A stretch of 64,000 nt of DNA from assembly GCA_963693365.1 (NCBI GenBank), contig CAVNZM010000010.1:5331294-5395293 (forward strand), read 5' to 3'. The stretch's first letter is position 1; each line of letters begins with the position of its first letter. This document shows positions 1 through 28,943 of this stretch, piece by piece. The DNA comes from Amoebidium appalachense (lineage: Eukaryota > Protista > Ichthyosporea). The position numbers were made by a program, and so were the translations under genes. The notes below the pieces were generated by a model. It did not search any database and was not told where the DNA came from. It saw nothing but the letters and a program-made list of their open reading frames with translations.

Positions 1-59
1 AAACCCCACACATTCAACTAATCTATCACCTTTTTTTTTGTTTGTTTTTTTGTTTGCAG

Positions 60-16090
<16,031 letters not shown>

Positions 16091-16914
16091 ATATAGAATA
16101 TAATACTAAATATAGAATATATGGGGGGGGGGGGGGGGGAGGAGGAGGAGGCGGGGGAACGGGGTGTGTGTGTGTGTTGGGGGAGGGGGGGGGGGGGGGG
16201 GGGGGGGGGGAGGCAAGTTACGAGGGATTTAGGTGAGAGAATTATATTAGGCTTCGGAAGGGAGGTGGAGAGATGGTGAGGGTGCAGGGACTGAGGGGGG
16301 GGGGGGGGGGGGGGGGGGGGGAGGGGGAGGGGGGGGGGAGGCGCGAGATGATGTTTAGGTGTGGTTGTATATGTATGCGGTTACAGTTAAAAAGAACAAT
16401 AATTGGTACAATGCTCGAATGATGTGTGATCATATGAGATTATTGTGATTATCTGAAATTGTTGTGAGAGTTTGAAGAAGTGTCATGGTACCGGGTACTT
16501 GCATTATAAGTGGTTTGGTTGTATATCCATCCAGTAGTTATCCCAAATATTCATGATCTTAATCGTCGAATGCAGTATAGTAATTAGGTAAAATTAGTCG
16601 TTTCAATATATCAAGACGTCGATATGCATCACAGATTTTCCTATAACCGAGATCATGGAAAAGAGTGTGCCATATTATAGATATGCATCCCAACTTGTAT
16701 ATTTATTGACCTTCGTGTAGGATGATCACAAACTGTGCGGAATATATGGGCGAATGTTCATCATACCATTTATAAATTGTTTATAAATAAAAGAGCGCCT
16801 TTTGAACGTTCTAAGAATTACCACGTCGAAGTCATAATAGGTTATGCAGAAGAGAAACTTGCGGTGGTTATGGTGGTGCACGGGGGCGTCGGCCTGGGGG
16901 GGAGGGGGGAAGTG

Positions 16915-17300
16915 TCCTTTGTTTTTTGTCAGTAGTGGCCGCCACGTGGTCCTATGTTTATGGTCAGCGGCGGCCCCAACGTGGCCCTCATAGGCTATGT
17001 TTTTGGTCAGCGGCAGCCGCAACGTGGTGCTTAGCAGCTATAGGTCAAATAATTATATGCCACACGTTCCATGCTTACCACCAGGTCCGCGACATGTCCC
17101 TTCCTGCAAAACGGGCAGTGTGCTTAGGTCAAATATGCCACGCATTCCATCCTTACCTGGTCGCCAACATGCCCCTAAAAGAACGGGCAGTGTGCTTAGG
17201 TCAAATATATGCCACGCATGCATTCCATCCTTACCTGGTCGCCAACATGTCCCTTCCTTCACAACTGGGAGACTGAGTGTGCTTAGGTCAAGTATGCCAC
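16915..17300. repeat. Two adjacent degenerate minisatellites (~40-45 bp x3; ~70-85 bp x3.3)
   Basis: TGTTTWTGGTCAGCGGC..CAACGTGG units, then GTGTGCTTAGGTCAAATATGCCACGCATTCCATCCTTACCTGGTCGCCAACATG units. Confidence 0.85.
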
Positions 17301-17561
17301 TGAGCTTCTGAATGCGCTGGGCTGCCTTTATGCTCAGCACATGCTATACAACAAACATGAACAGATGTGCGCTCAGATTCATTAGCATTCACGACAGCCG
17401 CCAGCCCGAACCATGCATTTAGCTGCCCGGCATTGCATGTGTTATACTCCGAAATATTTTCAGTTCTCGTCCAAACTTTACAGGGCCACCTGCATGTGCA
17501 GTGGGGCACAGAGCATTCATGGCATGTACGGCTGTGCAGTGTGTGTGGTTGTGTGATCATG

Positions 17562-17604
<43 letters not shown>

Positions 17605-17702
17605 CGTGCGTGTGTGCATGCGTGTGTGTGTTGGCACGCGCACATCTGTTGCATGTGTATGCATGTCAGTCTGCCAGTGTGTGTGTGTGTGTGTGTTTGA
17701 GT

Positions 17703-17762
<60 letters not shown>

Positions 17763-17892
17763 TTCGTGTGTGTGCACGGTGTGTTCATTTTCGTGAGTGG
17801 CTATCACAATCTCCAACCAACATTTCATCGACCTGGTGTCTATTTCCTAACATTTCCAGCAATTTTCAATCATTTTCGATCCTTGCGTGCAT

Positions 17893-17969
<77 letters not shown>

Positions 17970-18678
17970 GTGTGTGTATGTACATGTGCCATGGCGGCGA
18001 TGAGGGGACCAAATGTTGTAATGATAGGAAATATCAGTTTGGGTTGAATTTTCGGTAAAAGATTTTGGGATATCCAGTTTCCTTAGGTTTGTTCTCTGAC
18101 TGGGGGGAACTTCAGTTGCTCTGTTAGGCTTGTCAAGGCAACCTCGTTTTGGTTTTTTTTTTTTTTTGTTTCTTCTCTTAGAAAACACCGAGAGCATATG
18201 TACGATGTGTCGTGGGATTTCTTGAACTCAGTGAATCAGATATCTAAACCCCAGCATGTAAGTTGAATGTGACTGAGATTTCGTCGAGAAGTGGTTGTAC
18301 TTGTAGTTCGAATGGACTATTGATAAATACCGGATTCGAACAGTGATTGATAAAATATTGAACGCCTTTCAGAAAGAAATGATATACTGTGTGCAAAAAC
18401 AACGTTTTCGTGTTGAGGGAAGGGGAAACTTAGCTCACTGTATGTATGCCATTATAAGATTAGCTCAGTGACGTGTAAAAGTGGCTACATGTCGTGGTCA
18501 CCTCGTGAAATATATGAAAAATTTCAATTAGCACTCCCATTGCGACATTTCAAAAGTGTTACATCATCAAGTGTTCTCTGCCCCTCCTCCGGGAGCTTCC
18601 TTGTAAATGTCGGTTTCAAAGCCTTTCATTTTGTACGCCCTAATACATACCCCCCCCAAACACACACACACACAACAC

Positions 18679-18716
<38 letters not shown>

Positions 18717-18719
18717 ACA

Positions 18720-18760
<41 letters not shown>

Positions 18761-19532
18761 GCAAGGTCCACCATCAGTCCACCACACAATATCAATTCAA
18801 CGTATGCACACACATCATGAAATGCATCTCCAAACGTGATATTATTGTCAATGAAAGCCTGAAGAAAGCAAAAGAGAATTTCAAAGAGAAAGAGATCATC
18901 TGTAAGAAGAAGCATTGCTTTCGAACTACTATTCATATGGGTCACATTATATAGTCACCTCATGATCATGACTACTATGGGTGCACATGCATGCATGATG
19001 TGCAATTAGAGAAGGCTTCGCCGCCATGTTTTCACCAAGATTCTAAAATACGGAGAAACGGGGATCTGCCGAATCTCTGAGTAGGCTAAAGATCTAGAAA
19101 GAGTAGAGGAGAGATGAAATAAATTAGTTGGCCGGTCTGCCCTTGGGAATATTGCAAGTGTACATAACATACATGTGTGCGTAAGGGACATGCATGCGGG
19201 CATGTGCACCGTGCCCTGTTCACCTGCGCATACGGTACATACGTGTGTATGCTTAAGCTACCGTATGACGTTGTGTTTTTTTATATATAACGTAATAACA
19301 AGACAAAAAAAAAGTAGGAATATGTGATATGTAAAACAATAAAAAAAGAAGTAGGAATATTAGACTTGTTTAGCTAATTCGGGTTTCACGATATAATCAC
19401 AGGGAGATTCGAATCAGCCCCTGGCTGCCTGTTGTTTACAGGGGTCACTCAATTCACCTATAAGATAACTAGTACTAGATTCTAGGGGCTACCGAGGCTG
19501 GGGAAAAATAAGATAACGGGGAAGGGGGAAGA

Positions 19533-19572
<40 letters not shown>

Positions 19573-19843
19573 TGATATCGATTTGGAGGGGTACTGTGGC
19601 TTCCCTACTTACAATTAGTCTAGTCTAGTATAATTATTATTAGGATGTACAGCCACTGCGGCACAAGAAAAGCCCTTCTGTGGGGCTGATCATCTTTCTT
19701 TTCTGATTAGCTTGAAGTCCTTCGGAAGTCTTTGCTTTGTTACCAATCAACAGACCGAAAAAGTCAATTTGTGTGTGTGTGTGGGTGTGTGTGTGCTTGT
19801 GGGTGTGGGTGGGGGTGGGGGTGGGTGGGTGAGTGTCCTGTCC

Positions 19844-19909
<66 letters not shown>

Positions 19910-19988
19910 CGTGCTTGTGCGTGTGCGTGTGCGTGTGCGTGTGCGTGTGCGTGTTCGTGTGCGTGTGCGTGTGCGTGTGCGTGTGCGT

Positions 19989-20042
<54 letters not shown>

Positions 20043-20084
20043 CCGGCTAAGAAAGAGCGGAACGGTCTACAATTGTGCAGATAT

Positions 20085-20302
20085 CTGTGTGTACATTTGG
20101 TTTTTGTGTTCGTTTGTCACCGTGTGTTTGTGGGTGGGTGTGTGTGGTGTGTGTGTGTATGTGTGCAGGTATGTGTATCACAACGTGTGTGTGGGTGTGG
20201 GTGTGTCTGCAGCCGGGTCACGGTGCGCGGTGTGTGTGGCCCCCCTCCCCCCTTCCCCCCCTGGCCTGTGGGTCCTTTTTTTGGGCTGCGGGAGTTTTTT
20301 TT

Positions 20303-20350
<48 letters not shown>

Positions 20351-20616
20351 CTGTGCGAAAATGTGTGCATATGCCTGTACATTTGGATTTTGTGTTCGTT
20401 TGTCACTGGGACATGTGTGTGTGCGTGTGTGTGTGCACGTGTGTATACTAGAATGTATGTGTGTGTGTGTTTGTGTGTGTGTGTCCGTGTGACGGTGCAC
20501 GGCGTGTGTGTGTGTATCCCCCCCCCCCCCCCTCTTCCCGTTCCCCCCCCTGTCCTGTGAGTCCTCTTTATGGGCAGGGAGGTTTTTTTTTTTTTCGGGG
20601 GGGGGGGGGAGGTTTT

Positions 20617-20658
<42 letters not shown>

Positions 20659-20740
20659 GGGGGGAGGGGGGGGGGGGGGGGGGGGAGGAAGGGCTGTGAG
20701 AAAATGTGTGCACATGTCTGTGGTGTGTACATTTGGATTT
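20085..20740. repeat. Degenerate ~290-350 bp tandem repeat (2+ units) inflated by microsatellites and homopolymers
   Basis: TGTACATTTGG at ~20090, 20376, 20726; GGGCTGTG.GAAAATGTGTGCA.ATG.CTG at 20348 and 20691; ACGGTGC.CGG at ~20220 and 20492. Confidence 0.7.
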
Positions 20741-20984
20741 GGGGGGGGGGGGGGGGGGGGGGGGGGAGGGGGAGGGAGAGAGAGAGAGAGAGAGCGAAAA
20801 CGAAAAGAGAGCAAGAGAGGGAGGAAGGAAGAGAGTGGACAGATAAGAGAGGGAGAGAAGGGGAAGAAGAGAGGGAGAAAGAAGAGAGGGAGAAAACGAG
20901 GGAGAGAGAGAGAAGGAGTAAGAGAGAGAAAGAGTGCGGGAGAGCGGCAGATGGCGATAGTGAAAGGGTTGAAGGGCTTCTTAC

Positions 20985-21524
20985 CCCAGACGTGTTTGTT
21001 GCATTGACCTTTGCGCCCGCAGCAAGCAGCATCCTCACAATTTCCAGATGGCCATTCAAAGACGCCAGATGCAGCGGGGTGTTGTTTCCGTCCCCAACCT
21101 CTTGACCATCGGAAACCTGTGACGGTAGGTTGTGTGTGTATTAAGAACTCCGTTACTTTCGACGTATTCATAGATGTTGTAGTTCGCCAAACAGAACCCA
21201 AAGATCCGGAAATAGGGGTTGGTGCATGCCCGGCCCTACTTTGGTTTTGGCGGCTAAAATAATCAGTACTCTATTTCTCTGATAGGCACACAATACTGGG
21301 ATGGTGCGTGTACACAGTGACATAACCTTTTTAATCGACACCAAATTGTGGTGGCGATAAATGAGAGACAAAAGGAAACTTTTATCAAGAATAGCGGGCA
21401 GAAGTCACTCTCCACGCAACAAAAGTCTTTTCATTCACACCGCCAGGAAAAAAAAAAAAAAAACGGAAAAAAAGGGGGGGAAAGGGAAAAATAACAGAAA
21501 AGAAAAGAAAAGAAAAGAAAAGAA

Positions 21525-21563
<39 letters not shown>

Positions 21564-22224
21564 AACAGCTACAGAGTTTTAATAGTGAACAAACTGCACA
21601 ATTTCCCATATACGAACCTTTAACACAAGCTGCCACTGACATGGAGCATGAAACCGGAGAACAGCACTTCTTCACAGTGAAAAAATTGTACAACATGGCC
21701 CATTTCAATATGTGAATAGCACACTATCAAAGAAACATAAACTTTTACACCTGAAAGTTAGTTCGTGCATTTGGGTCCGCATTTCGTTGCATGAGTAGCT
21801 TGACGATTCGTGTGCACCCGTTGTCTGCTGCGTCATGGAGTGGCGTATACTGCGGAAATTACATGTTGTATGAGGTTACGTAGAGAAACCATGGAGCACC
21901 CTATGCTGTAATCTGAAAAGAACAGATAAACAATAACTTATACGTGTAACTGTTACAGCAGAGAAAACTAATGGTAAAGAAATATGGAATAGGAGAAACT
22001 TTAAAAGAGTATGCAACAATAAACGAAAAATTAAATTTGTCAAACAAGATAGATTAGTAACGTCGCAGGGCCTTTGCATAATTTTAGTATTTGTGTGTTC
22101 GTGGAAGCACTCGTGCCCGATGTGTGTAAAAAATCACCTGTTGTGTGTTAAGATGTCCAGGACATGGACCGGCAAAATGCAGATTACTTACTACTAGCAC
22201 AGCCATTAGTAGCAGGCGAGTGTG

Positions 22225-22263
<39 letters not shown>

Positions 22264-23420
22264 CAAACAAAAAAAAAAACCATGTAGAAACACTGCATTT
22301 TTGATATTTGGACAACAAACGTGAAGATTCGAGAAAAAAGATAACACACGCCCTTTCTCTCCGGGTGCGCAAAACTCTCGAAAAACACGCTGCTTCAATC
22401 ACAACATTTAAACGATCACCCTACATACCCCCTCATCATTGGAACTTGTGGCGCTTGCCCCCCTTTCCAGCAAAAACTCTGCCACATCTTCGTGCTTGCC
22501 GGTGATGGCTCTGTGTGTCCTATGGGTAATAGCAGGTCAAAACAAGAAAAAATCGTGTCCTTATCGGGTTGGATCTCCCCCCCCCCCCCCCCCCCCCCCC
22601 CCACGCACCCAGGTGCGGCGTGCAAGCCCCAGGCCTACGCATATATGCACCTGATCTTCAAAAGAAAAGGCCGTCTGTGCTTTTACTAGAAGTATGAGGA
22701 TTGGCCAGGAAAAATGTGTGGAGAAGGAGGGTCCGGAAGGGAGTATGGCGGTAATGATGGTGGTGATGGTAGTGGTGATGGTGATGCTGGTTGTGGGGAG
22801 GGAGGGGGACGGCGGGGACGGGGAGGGGGGGGGGGGGGGGGGGGGTGGGGGGTGGGTAGGGGGTAGATGCACATAAGGGATTCCTTAAAGGGGAGGGGCC
22901 AAACCCAGTAGGCAGGGCCCAAGCTTATTCAAATTCGCTCACGTACACACGTCACGCGTGCAATGGCTGTGCAGGAATGCACAAGCAATGTGGCACAGAC
23001 TGTTTAAGTTAAAAGCAGCAACCATGATCACTATTTAAAAAAAAAAAACACACACACAAAAAACAAACAATTATCACTTGTTCACTTTCTCGCCGAAACA
23101 CTTACCCCTTCTTCGCCCCTAGTCTTCACATCTGCCCGATGACCCTCCTGGGCAGCAAGGTGCAGCGCTGTGTTGCCATCTTTGTCCGGCTGCAAAAAAA
23201 AAGCGTTGTAATTGCCTGCACTAACTGAAAGATCATGTTTTGCATGGGGCCGTGTAGATGTTGTGAGCTGTCAGATCTTATTGTTCCGTGATGACAGTGA
23301 AGCCCACTTACTCGCACAAACACACATCTAAAAGCACCCTAAACGCCCCTACATCCGCGCACCCTCAAATATTAAGGATAAACCACCCCCCTCCGCCTCC
23401 ATAAACACGCACAAACACAC

Positions 23421-23465
<45 letters not shown>

Positions 23466-23690
23466 TTCCCCCCCCTTTCCAAAAAAAAAAACAAACAAAA
23501 AAAACAAACAAAAAACACAAACATAAACACACACAAAATACACGTTGAATAAAGGACAAAAACGACGCGCTTCTGCTAAAACTAGTAGTCTGGAATGGCG
23601 ACCTCGTTGACATCGCATTTTCCCTGATCATCAAGCATACTCCCAAGACGCCCAAGATCTCCGTCCGCCCTTAGCAGCCGTATGCCACTT
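20985..23690 (-). pseudogene. Ankyrin-repeat protein gene (~5 repeats), probably degenerate; 5' and 3' ends not resolved
   Basis: Exons: ~23690-23603 (WHTAAKGG/DLGRLGSMLDDQGKCDVNE, with a 4-nt insertion), 23189-23106 (PDKDGNTALHLAAQEGHRADVKTRGEEG), candidate 11-nt 22966-22956 (PLHA), 22510-22429 (AITGKHEDVAEFLLERGASATSSNDEG), 21849-21751 (YTPLHDAADNGCTRIVKLLMQRNADPNARTNFQ, exactly 33 codons), 21116-20985 (..GNNTPLHLASLNGHLEIVRMLLAAGAKVNATNTSG). The ankyrin identity is clear; pseudogene status is less certain. Confidence 0.75.
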
Positions 23691-23880
23691 TGAGGGAGCG
23701 ATGAAAACTTGTCTTTCAGGAGTTACAGTTTGAGAACGGTATGATACGACAGCTGTCAGGTAAGTGTTGGCATGCCGTCAAGGCAAGCCAGATTATATAT
23801 CTGAGCGTCTTTGTTTCAGTTCGTTCAAGCTGTACCAAAGGCAGAGCTGTCAACCTTTGTTTACCCCGCCGGCGCCGGCG

Positions 23881-23916
23881 CGACCAGCGAGTGAGCCACA
23901 ATGACGTCACTGACGT
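23881..23916. promoter_or_regulatory. CRE (TGACGTCA) plus half-site upstream of the ankyrin gene
   Basis: TGACGTCA at 23902-23909 and TGACGT at 23911-23916, in a CpG-rich patch ~200 bp 5' of the first ankyrin exon. Confidence 0.35.
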
Positions 23917-24115
23917 GAGAGTGAGCTCAGGTCATGGACCCCTCAGTTTGTGTGTGCGCACGTGTGTACAAAAAAAAAACAAAAAAAAACCGAAGGACCC
24001 AAAGCAGTCAACCCCCCCCCCCCCCCCCCCACCCACCCACGTGCACCCACACACAGAAGGGCCGCAGGGAAGGAAAAAACTTTGCCAAAAAAAAAAAAGA
24101 GGAGGAGGAGGGTCT

Positions 24116-24146
<31 letters not shown>

Positions 24147-24300
24147 ATGGATTAAAGGCTTGGGTAGCTTGGTGATGTGCTTATTCACATTGGTGTTGTG
24201 AACGCGACGGGCCCTTGCCTTGAGATACGAAGATACATGGATCAGTCTAAATACTCCATACTACACATGCATGCAAGGACGCACATAAAAAAAAAAATCA

Positions 24301-24392
24301 TCAGTGGATTTTGAACCAGAAAGCAGATGAATGAAATTCAGTGGATTTTGAACCAGAAAGCAGATGAATGAAATTCTGATGCATGAAATTCC
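24301..24392. repeat. Perfect ~37 bp tandem duplication plus partial third copy
   Basis: TCAGTGGATTTTGAACCAGAAAGCAGATGAATGAAAT twice. Confidence 0.9.
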
Positions 24393-24828
24393 TGCATCAG
24401 ATAGTCGAACGATTCGACGACTAACACTGCAATTTGAGCGATAGATCAACAAACACCTCGCACCGCAATTTACGCAAAAACCCTAGTTATTCAATAAACC
24501 CAACGAGATTCTGTCATGAACGTGCATGAAAAACGGGATTTGCTAGCATTCGCCAGCCCATATGCATTGAATGTTGTGTGATAGTCATCATTCGAAAAAC
24601 ATTCGACTCTTTTCCTTCAAGAAGAACAAAGATCGTTTGAGGTCCGCGACCGGACCACCAATTGCAATCCGAACCACCCCCCCTACCCCCCCCCCCCCCC
24701 CCCCCCCCCGTCCCCTAAAAGCCAGGGAAAGCCACAAAAAGCCATTTCTTCGATGGCATTATCCGATCACTCCTACAAAATCCTGAAAGATTGCCGAAAA
24801 CAAGACTCCCCCTCCCCTCGCAATTCAA

Positions 24829-25240
24829 TCACACCACCTGTGGCTCCGGCTTTTCCTCCGTTATTTTGCCCTCCTCCTTGCCCTTACTATATGCGGCAAA
24901 CTGCCCAAAAATGGTAAAATCAAACACCAGCGTGCCCAGGCTGCCGAGGATCCACGGAAACTTTTCCCACAGGAACTGAGCATCGGTCGACCACACAAAG
25001 ATGGAACCGGCATATGTCGTGTTGCCGGCAACCGCAAGAACGAAAAGCCAAATGGACAGACCGTCGGTTGATCGGCGCTTGAACTGTGGGGGAGAGGAGG
25101 GGGAAAAAGGCCGTAAGCACGTGAATATATATAGGGTTCCCCGGGAGGGGGAGGGGGGGGGGGGGGGCGGGTGGATGCAATTAGGAGTTTTGTGGTGGTG
25201 GTGGTGGTGGGTGTGTGTGTATGTGTGTGTGTGTGTCTGT

Positions 25241-25273
<33 letters not shown>

Positions 25274-25344
25274 TGTGGATGCAATTAGGAGTTTTGTGGT
25301 GGTGGTGGTGGTGGGTGTGCGTGTGTGTGTGTGTGTGGGTGGGT

Positions 25345-25376
<32 letters not shown>

Positions 25377-25717
25377 GGGAATAAAGGGAAGGATGTGCAT
25401 AGATATAAACTAGAGGAACCAGAGCATCGGTGTCTTTGTGCGTGTGTGCGCTTGCGTGCACATGTATTTGTGAGTGTGTGGGTGTGTGTGTATGTGGGCC
25501 TGCGTGTGCACGTTTGTGTACTGCGTGTGAGCATGTGGGTCGTGTTAGTGTGTGTGTGTGTGTGGGATGCGGGGGGGGAGGGGGGGGGGGGAGACATGGT
25601 AAATAATCGGAGGATGTGCGTCTGTGTGTATGTGTGTGTGCATGTGCATGTGTGTGCACGGCAGTGGTGGTGGGCGCAACGTGACGGAGGTTAGTGGTAA
25701 GGTAGTAGTGGTGGTTT

Positions 25718-25748
<31 letters not shown>

Positions 25749-26876
25749 GGGGGAGAGGGGGAGGGGGGGGGTTAGCGTACGTTCTGAATGATCTGGGGAA
25801 TGCGTGCCGACAGGTAAACAAACGACGAGGCCCACCCCAGGGTGATACCGATAGAGCACACGAGGTGTGAGTAGGGGCACGTGTCATCCCCGTTGGTCGA
25901 AAGAAGCGCACGGCCCGTATTGGCGGTGGTTGCCAGAAGGTTCGACTGGGTTTTGGAAAAACGGAAAAGACCCGTCATGCCCACCATGAGAAATACGGCA
26001 CAGCCAATGGTAGACTGGCTCACCGTAGGCACCGGGCTATATGGTGTGTATGTGGAGGGGTGAGTGAGAGAGAGAGAGTGTGTGTACATGTGTGGGGGAG
26101 GGGAGGGGGAGGGGGGGGTGAGGGAAAGGGGTGTTAGACTGTGGAGGAAAGCACGAAGTACAAAGGCACACAACGAAAAAATGATGCAAACATTCAAATC
26201 CAACAGATCGACAAAAGCAAATACAGCATATGTGGTGCAGGCAGGGAGTGTGTATGGGTGGGGAGAAAAAAGGCCGAAAGGGGGCGGGAAGGGGTAGGTG
26301 GGCGGGTGTGTGTGTGTGCGCCGTGTGTGTGGGGGACTGAAGTGTGCATAAGAGGTTGGGAAACGAGGAAGCAAAGACGTTAAGAGATGAAGTGTGGTGT
26401 ATAGCGAGGGCGGGCGGGGGAGAGGGGAGGGGGGGGGGGGGGGGGGGAAAGAGTATATCCCCTCCCTCCCAAGCCCGTGTCCGCTTGCAGATCAACCACA
26501 TTCCACATCCTCCATCCTAGCCCTTCTGCCCCAAACTACAACACTGTAACGGATACATTAACATCCTCAGATGAAAACTCAGTAAACACACACCTTGACT
26601 TCAACAATGGTTTGGTTTCACCATCAACAGCTGCACTTGCTCTCCCGCTCCTCCACGCAGGAATCCAGTCGTAGTAGGCCAACATGGAGAAAGTGATGGT
26701 ATCCATGACCATATACCAGAGCGCCACATAGAGTTGGGTGGCTAGTTGGTTTGACATAATACAACCGGCAAGGTTCAGAATGTCACCGATTGTCCAAAGA
26801 ACGAGGAAGAAAACACTCAGGCCTTTGCCTGACTTTGTCTGGTATATCTCGTAGAATTGCCTGTGAGTGTGTGAGT

Positions 26877-26924
<48 letters not shown>

Positions 26925-27528
26925 ATGTGTGGGTCGTGTTTTGTGTTATGTATGCATGTGTGGGTCATGTTTGTGTGTGTGTGTGGTGCAAGAGTGGTGG
27001 TTGTTATGGTTCATGAGTCTGCGTCAGCAAGTCGAAGAACGTCGAGTTTGAATAACACAAACAGGAGAGATAACCTGAGATGCATGGGGCAGATCGGGGT
27101 GCGTGTTAGGGGGGAGAGCGAATGGGGGCCGGGGCAAGGGGGGAGGGGGAGGGGGAGAGAAGGGGGGGAGAGGGGGGGAGGAGGGGCAAGGGGAGAAAAA
27201 TATGGGCGGCAGAGAAACAGCTGAACAAGGCGTGACAGGTTTGCCGGTGTAGAAAGAAGAGAACTGCAGCAGACTGGGAAAAGATGTTGAGTTATAAAAT
27301 ATTGAGGGATAGAAAAGAATCTGGAATACAAAGCGATAAGCTGGCGATCTTTGTTCCTGCCTGTTATGTAGAACAAGCCTAAGCATGTCATGACCCGAGT
27401 TTATGATGTACAAGGGCCATATGTATATGATGACACGGTTGAAGATTCACTTACGGAAATGAGACGATCAACCAACACACGGCGCTAATGTAGCCAAGCG
27501 CCTGGCTGATAACTTCGTTAGTCGGCAT
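24829..27528 (-). CDS. PQLC2: PQ-loop lysosomal/vacuolar cationic amino-acid transporter (PQLC2/SLC66A1/Ypq family), 283 aa
   Basis: Exons 27528-27455 (ATG), 26860-26594, 26036-25781, 25083-24829 (TGA); 852 nt in frame. Two PQ motifs (SFPQFYEIYQTKSGKGLS; RIPQIIQNFKRRSTDGLS), GDILNLAGC..NQLATQ, PWILGSLGTLVFDFTIFGQF, and acidic dileucine ETKPLL. Confidence 0.92.
25173..25330. repeat. ~104 bp intronic tandem duplication
   Basis: GGATGCAATTAGGAGTTTTGTGGTGGTGGTGGTGGTGGGTGTG at 25173 and 25277. Confidence 0.85.
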
Positions 27529-28380
27529 GGTGTCTGTGAAATGTGAAGTTGAGTATAGATACTAATAGAACGAGAAGTGCTATGGTTTGCACATACAAAA
27601 AAACCTGGGGGGAAAAAATGGCTTGAACAAAGCCACGGTAAGCCTAACCAACGAAGTGTACTGGACCCTTTTGAGTGGAGGCTCGTTTATATAGGCGGCG
27701 TGGGAGTCATAAACTGCGCGGGTAATTCCCCAACGAAAAATGGGGTCTATTACTTAGTAATTTGGTTTCTCAGAGCCCACAAGTTTTAATCGGTAGTATT
27801 GTATATGAACTCTTTTTTTGATAATTTCAATTGCTCATAACAAACAATATGCGTTTAATGCGTTAATATGGTTTGTTATCAAACTTTCTAGTAGCTTTGC
27901 GACCTCGAGGACGGGTATCTAAGCTTCTGAGGAAAACTTTTGGATATCCTGAAAGTTTAACTGCACAAAACGCACACATCGAGGGGGACCTATACATAGG
28001 CTTTTTAGCTGGCATGCTGCCTGCATCTCATTGGATAACAAAATGGTTAGCCAGCTGTTTGTTCCATACCCCGGGGATACACAGGTGCATACTTCAGTCT
28101 GGTCACCAATCGGATGGATGCAGATAAATTACGCTGTGCATATATAATGGGATGTTTTTTTATAATTATTACTATATGTTCTGGTGTGCAGGCCTACTAT
28201 TTGAGCCACAAGAAACTTTGTGTGCGGCGTTGCCAGAGTCCACCGAGAAATTTTAAACACCCTTCAGAGTGAAACACTATTGGATATAAACCACGCTTAC
28301 AGATAGTGCAGTGTGCTTGCTCGTATAACTGCCCAATCGCTGCATTGTTCCAGGCGATCTGCATCGGATATCCATGTGTA

Positions 28381-28406
28381 GCCAATCAGATCTTTTCCCG
28401 CCAAAA
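28381..28406. promoter_or_regulatory. CCAAT box adjacent to an E2F-consensus site
   Basis: GCCAATCAG at 28381 and TTTTCCCGCCAAAA at 28393-28406 in a CpG-rich, repeat-free patch. Confidence 0.35.
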
Positions 28407-28885
28407 TCTATCCGATCCGCTGGCAGCGGACCGCCGTTCAGTCAATCCACACGCACTGACAAAACGACTCAATGTGCGTGTCACTGATTCTCTAATGCTA
28501 CATTCAGAAAACGAACTTGCCTTATACTATTCTCAAAAATAAAGAGATATAGACACAACTACTTGTTTTGACCCAGTCACGTTCGCCACGCGCGCGTTTG
28601 TTGCAAAAATGCGGCCCCACAGGCTGCAGTTTCATGGAAAGCTACCATGTATTGAAACCGCTACACGAATGTTTTACCCTACATCGGTTACAACTTTTAT
28701 TTTCGCCATACTAGTGCCCTCCACCCCTCTCCCCCTCATTGACCATCTTCACTCTCCCCGTAAACAGATGCATACTCTGTATGTACTCTGCATAACCTAC
28801 GTTGTGTTTACCTCCCCTCCCCTCCCCCCCCCCCCCCCCCCCCCCCCCTCTTAAGTCTCCCTACCCCCCTCCCCCCACCCCCCCA

Positions 28886-28943
<58 letters not shown>

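Noticed and set aside
16500-16705. Weak inverted repeat (TCATGATCT/AGATCATGG and flanks); a similar weak one at 27640-27770
   Set aside because: Too degenerate to define termini or a target duplication.
17040-17300. CRISPR-like repeat/spacer appearance
   Set aside because: The variable segments are short and homologous to each other, there are no cas genes, and the context is eukaryotic.
19030-20070. Candidate final ankyrin exons (IFSLLRDSADPRFSVF* near 19093; QRLPKDF near 19735; TVPLFLS near 20066)
   Set aside because: None gives a convincing repeat continuation with good splice sites; the 3' end is left unresolved.
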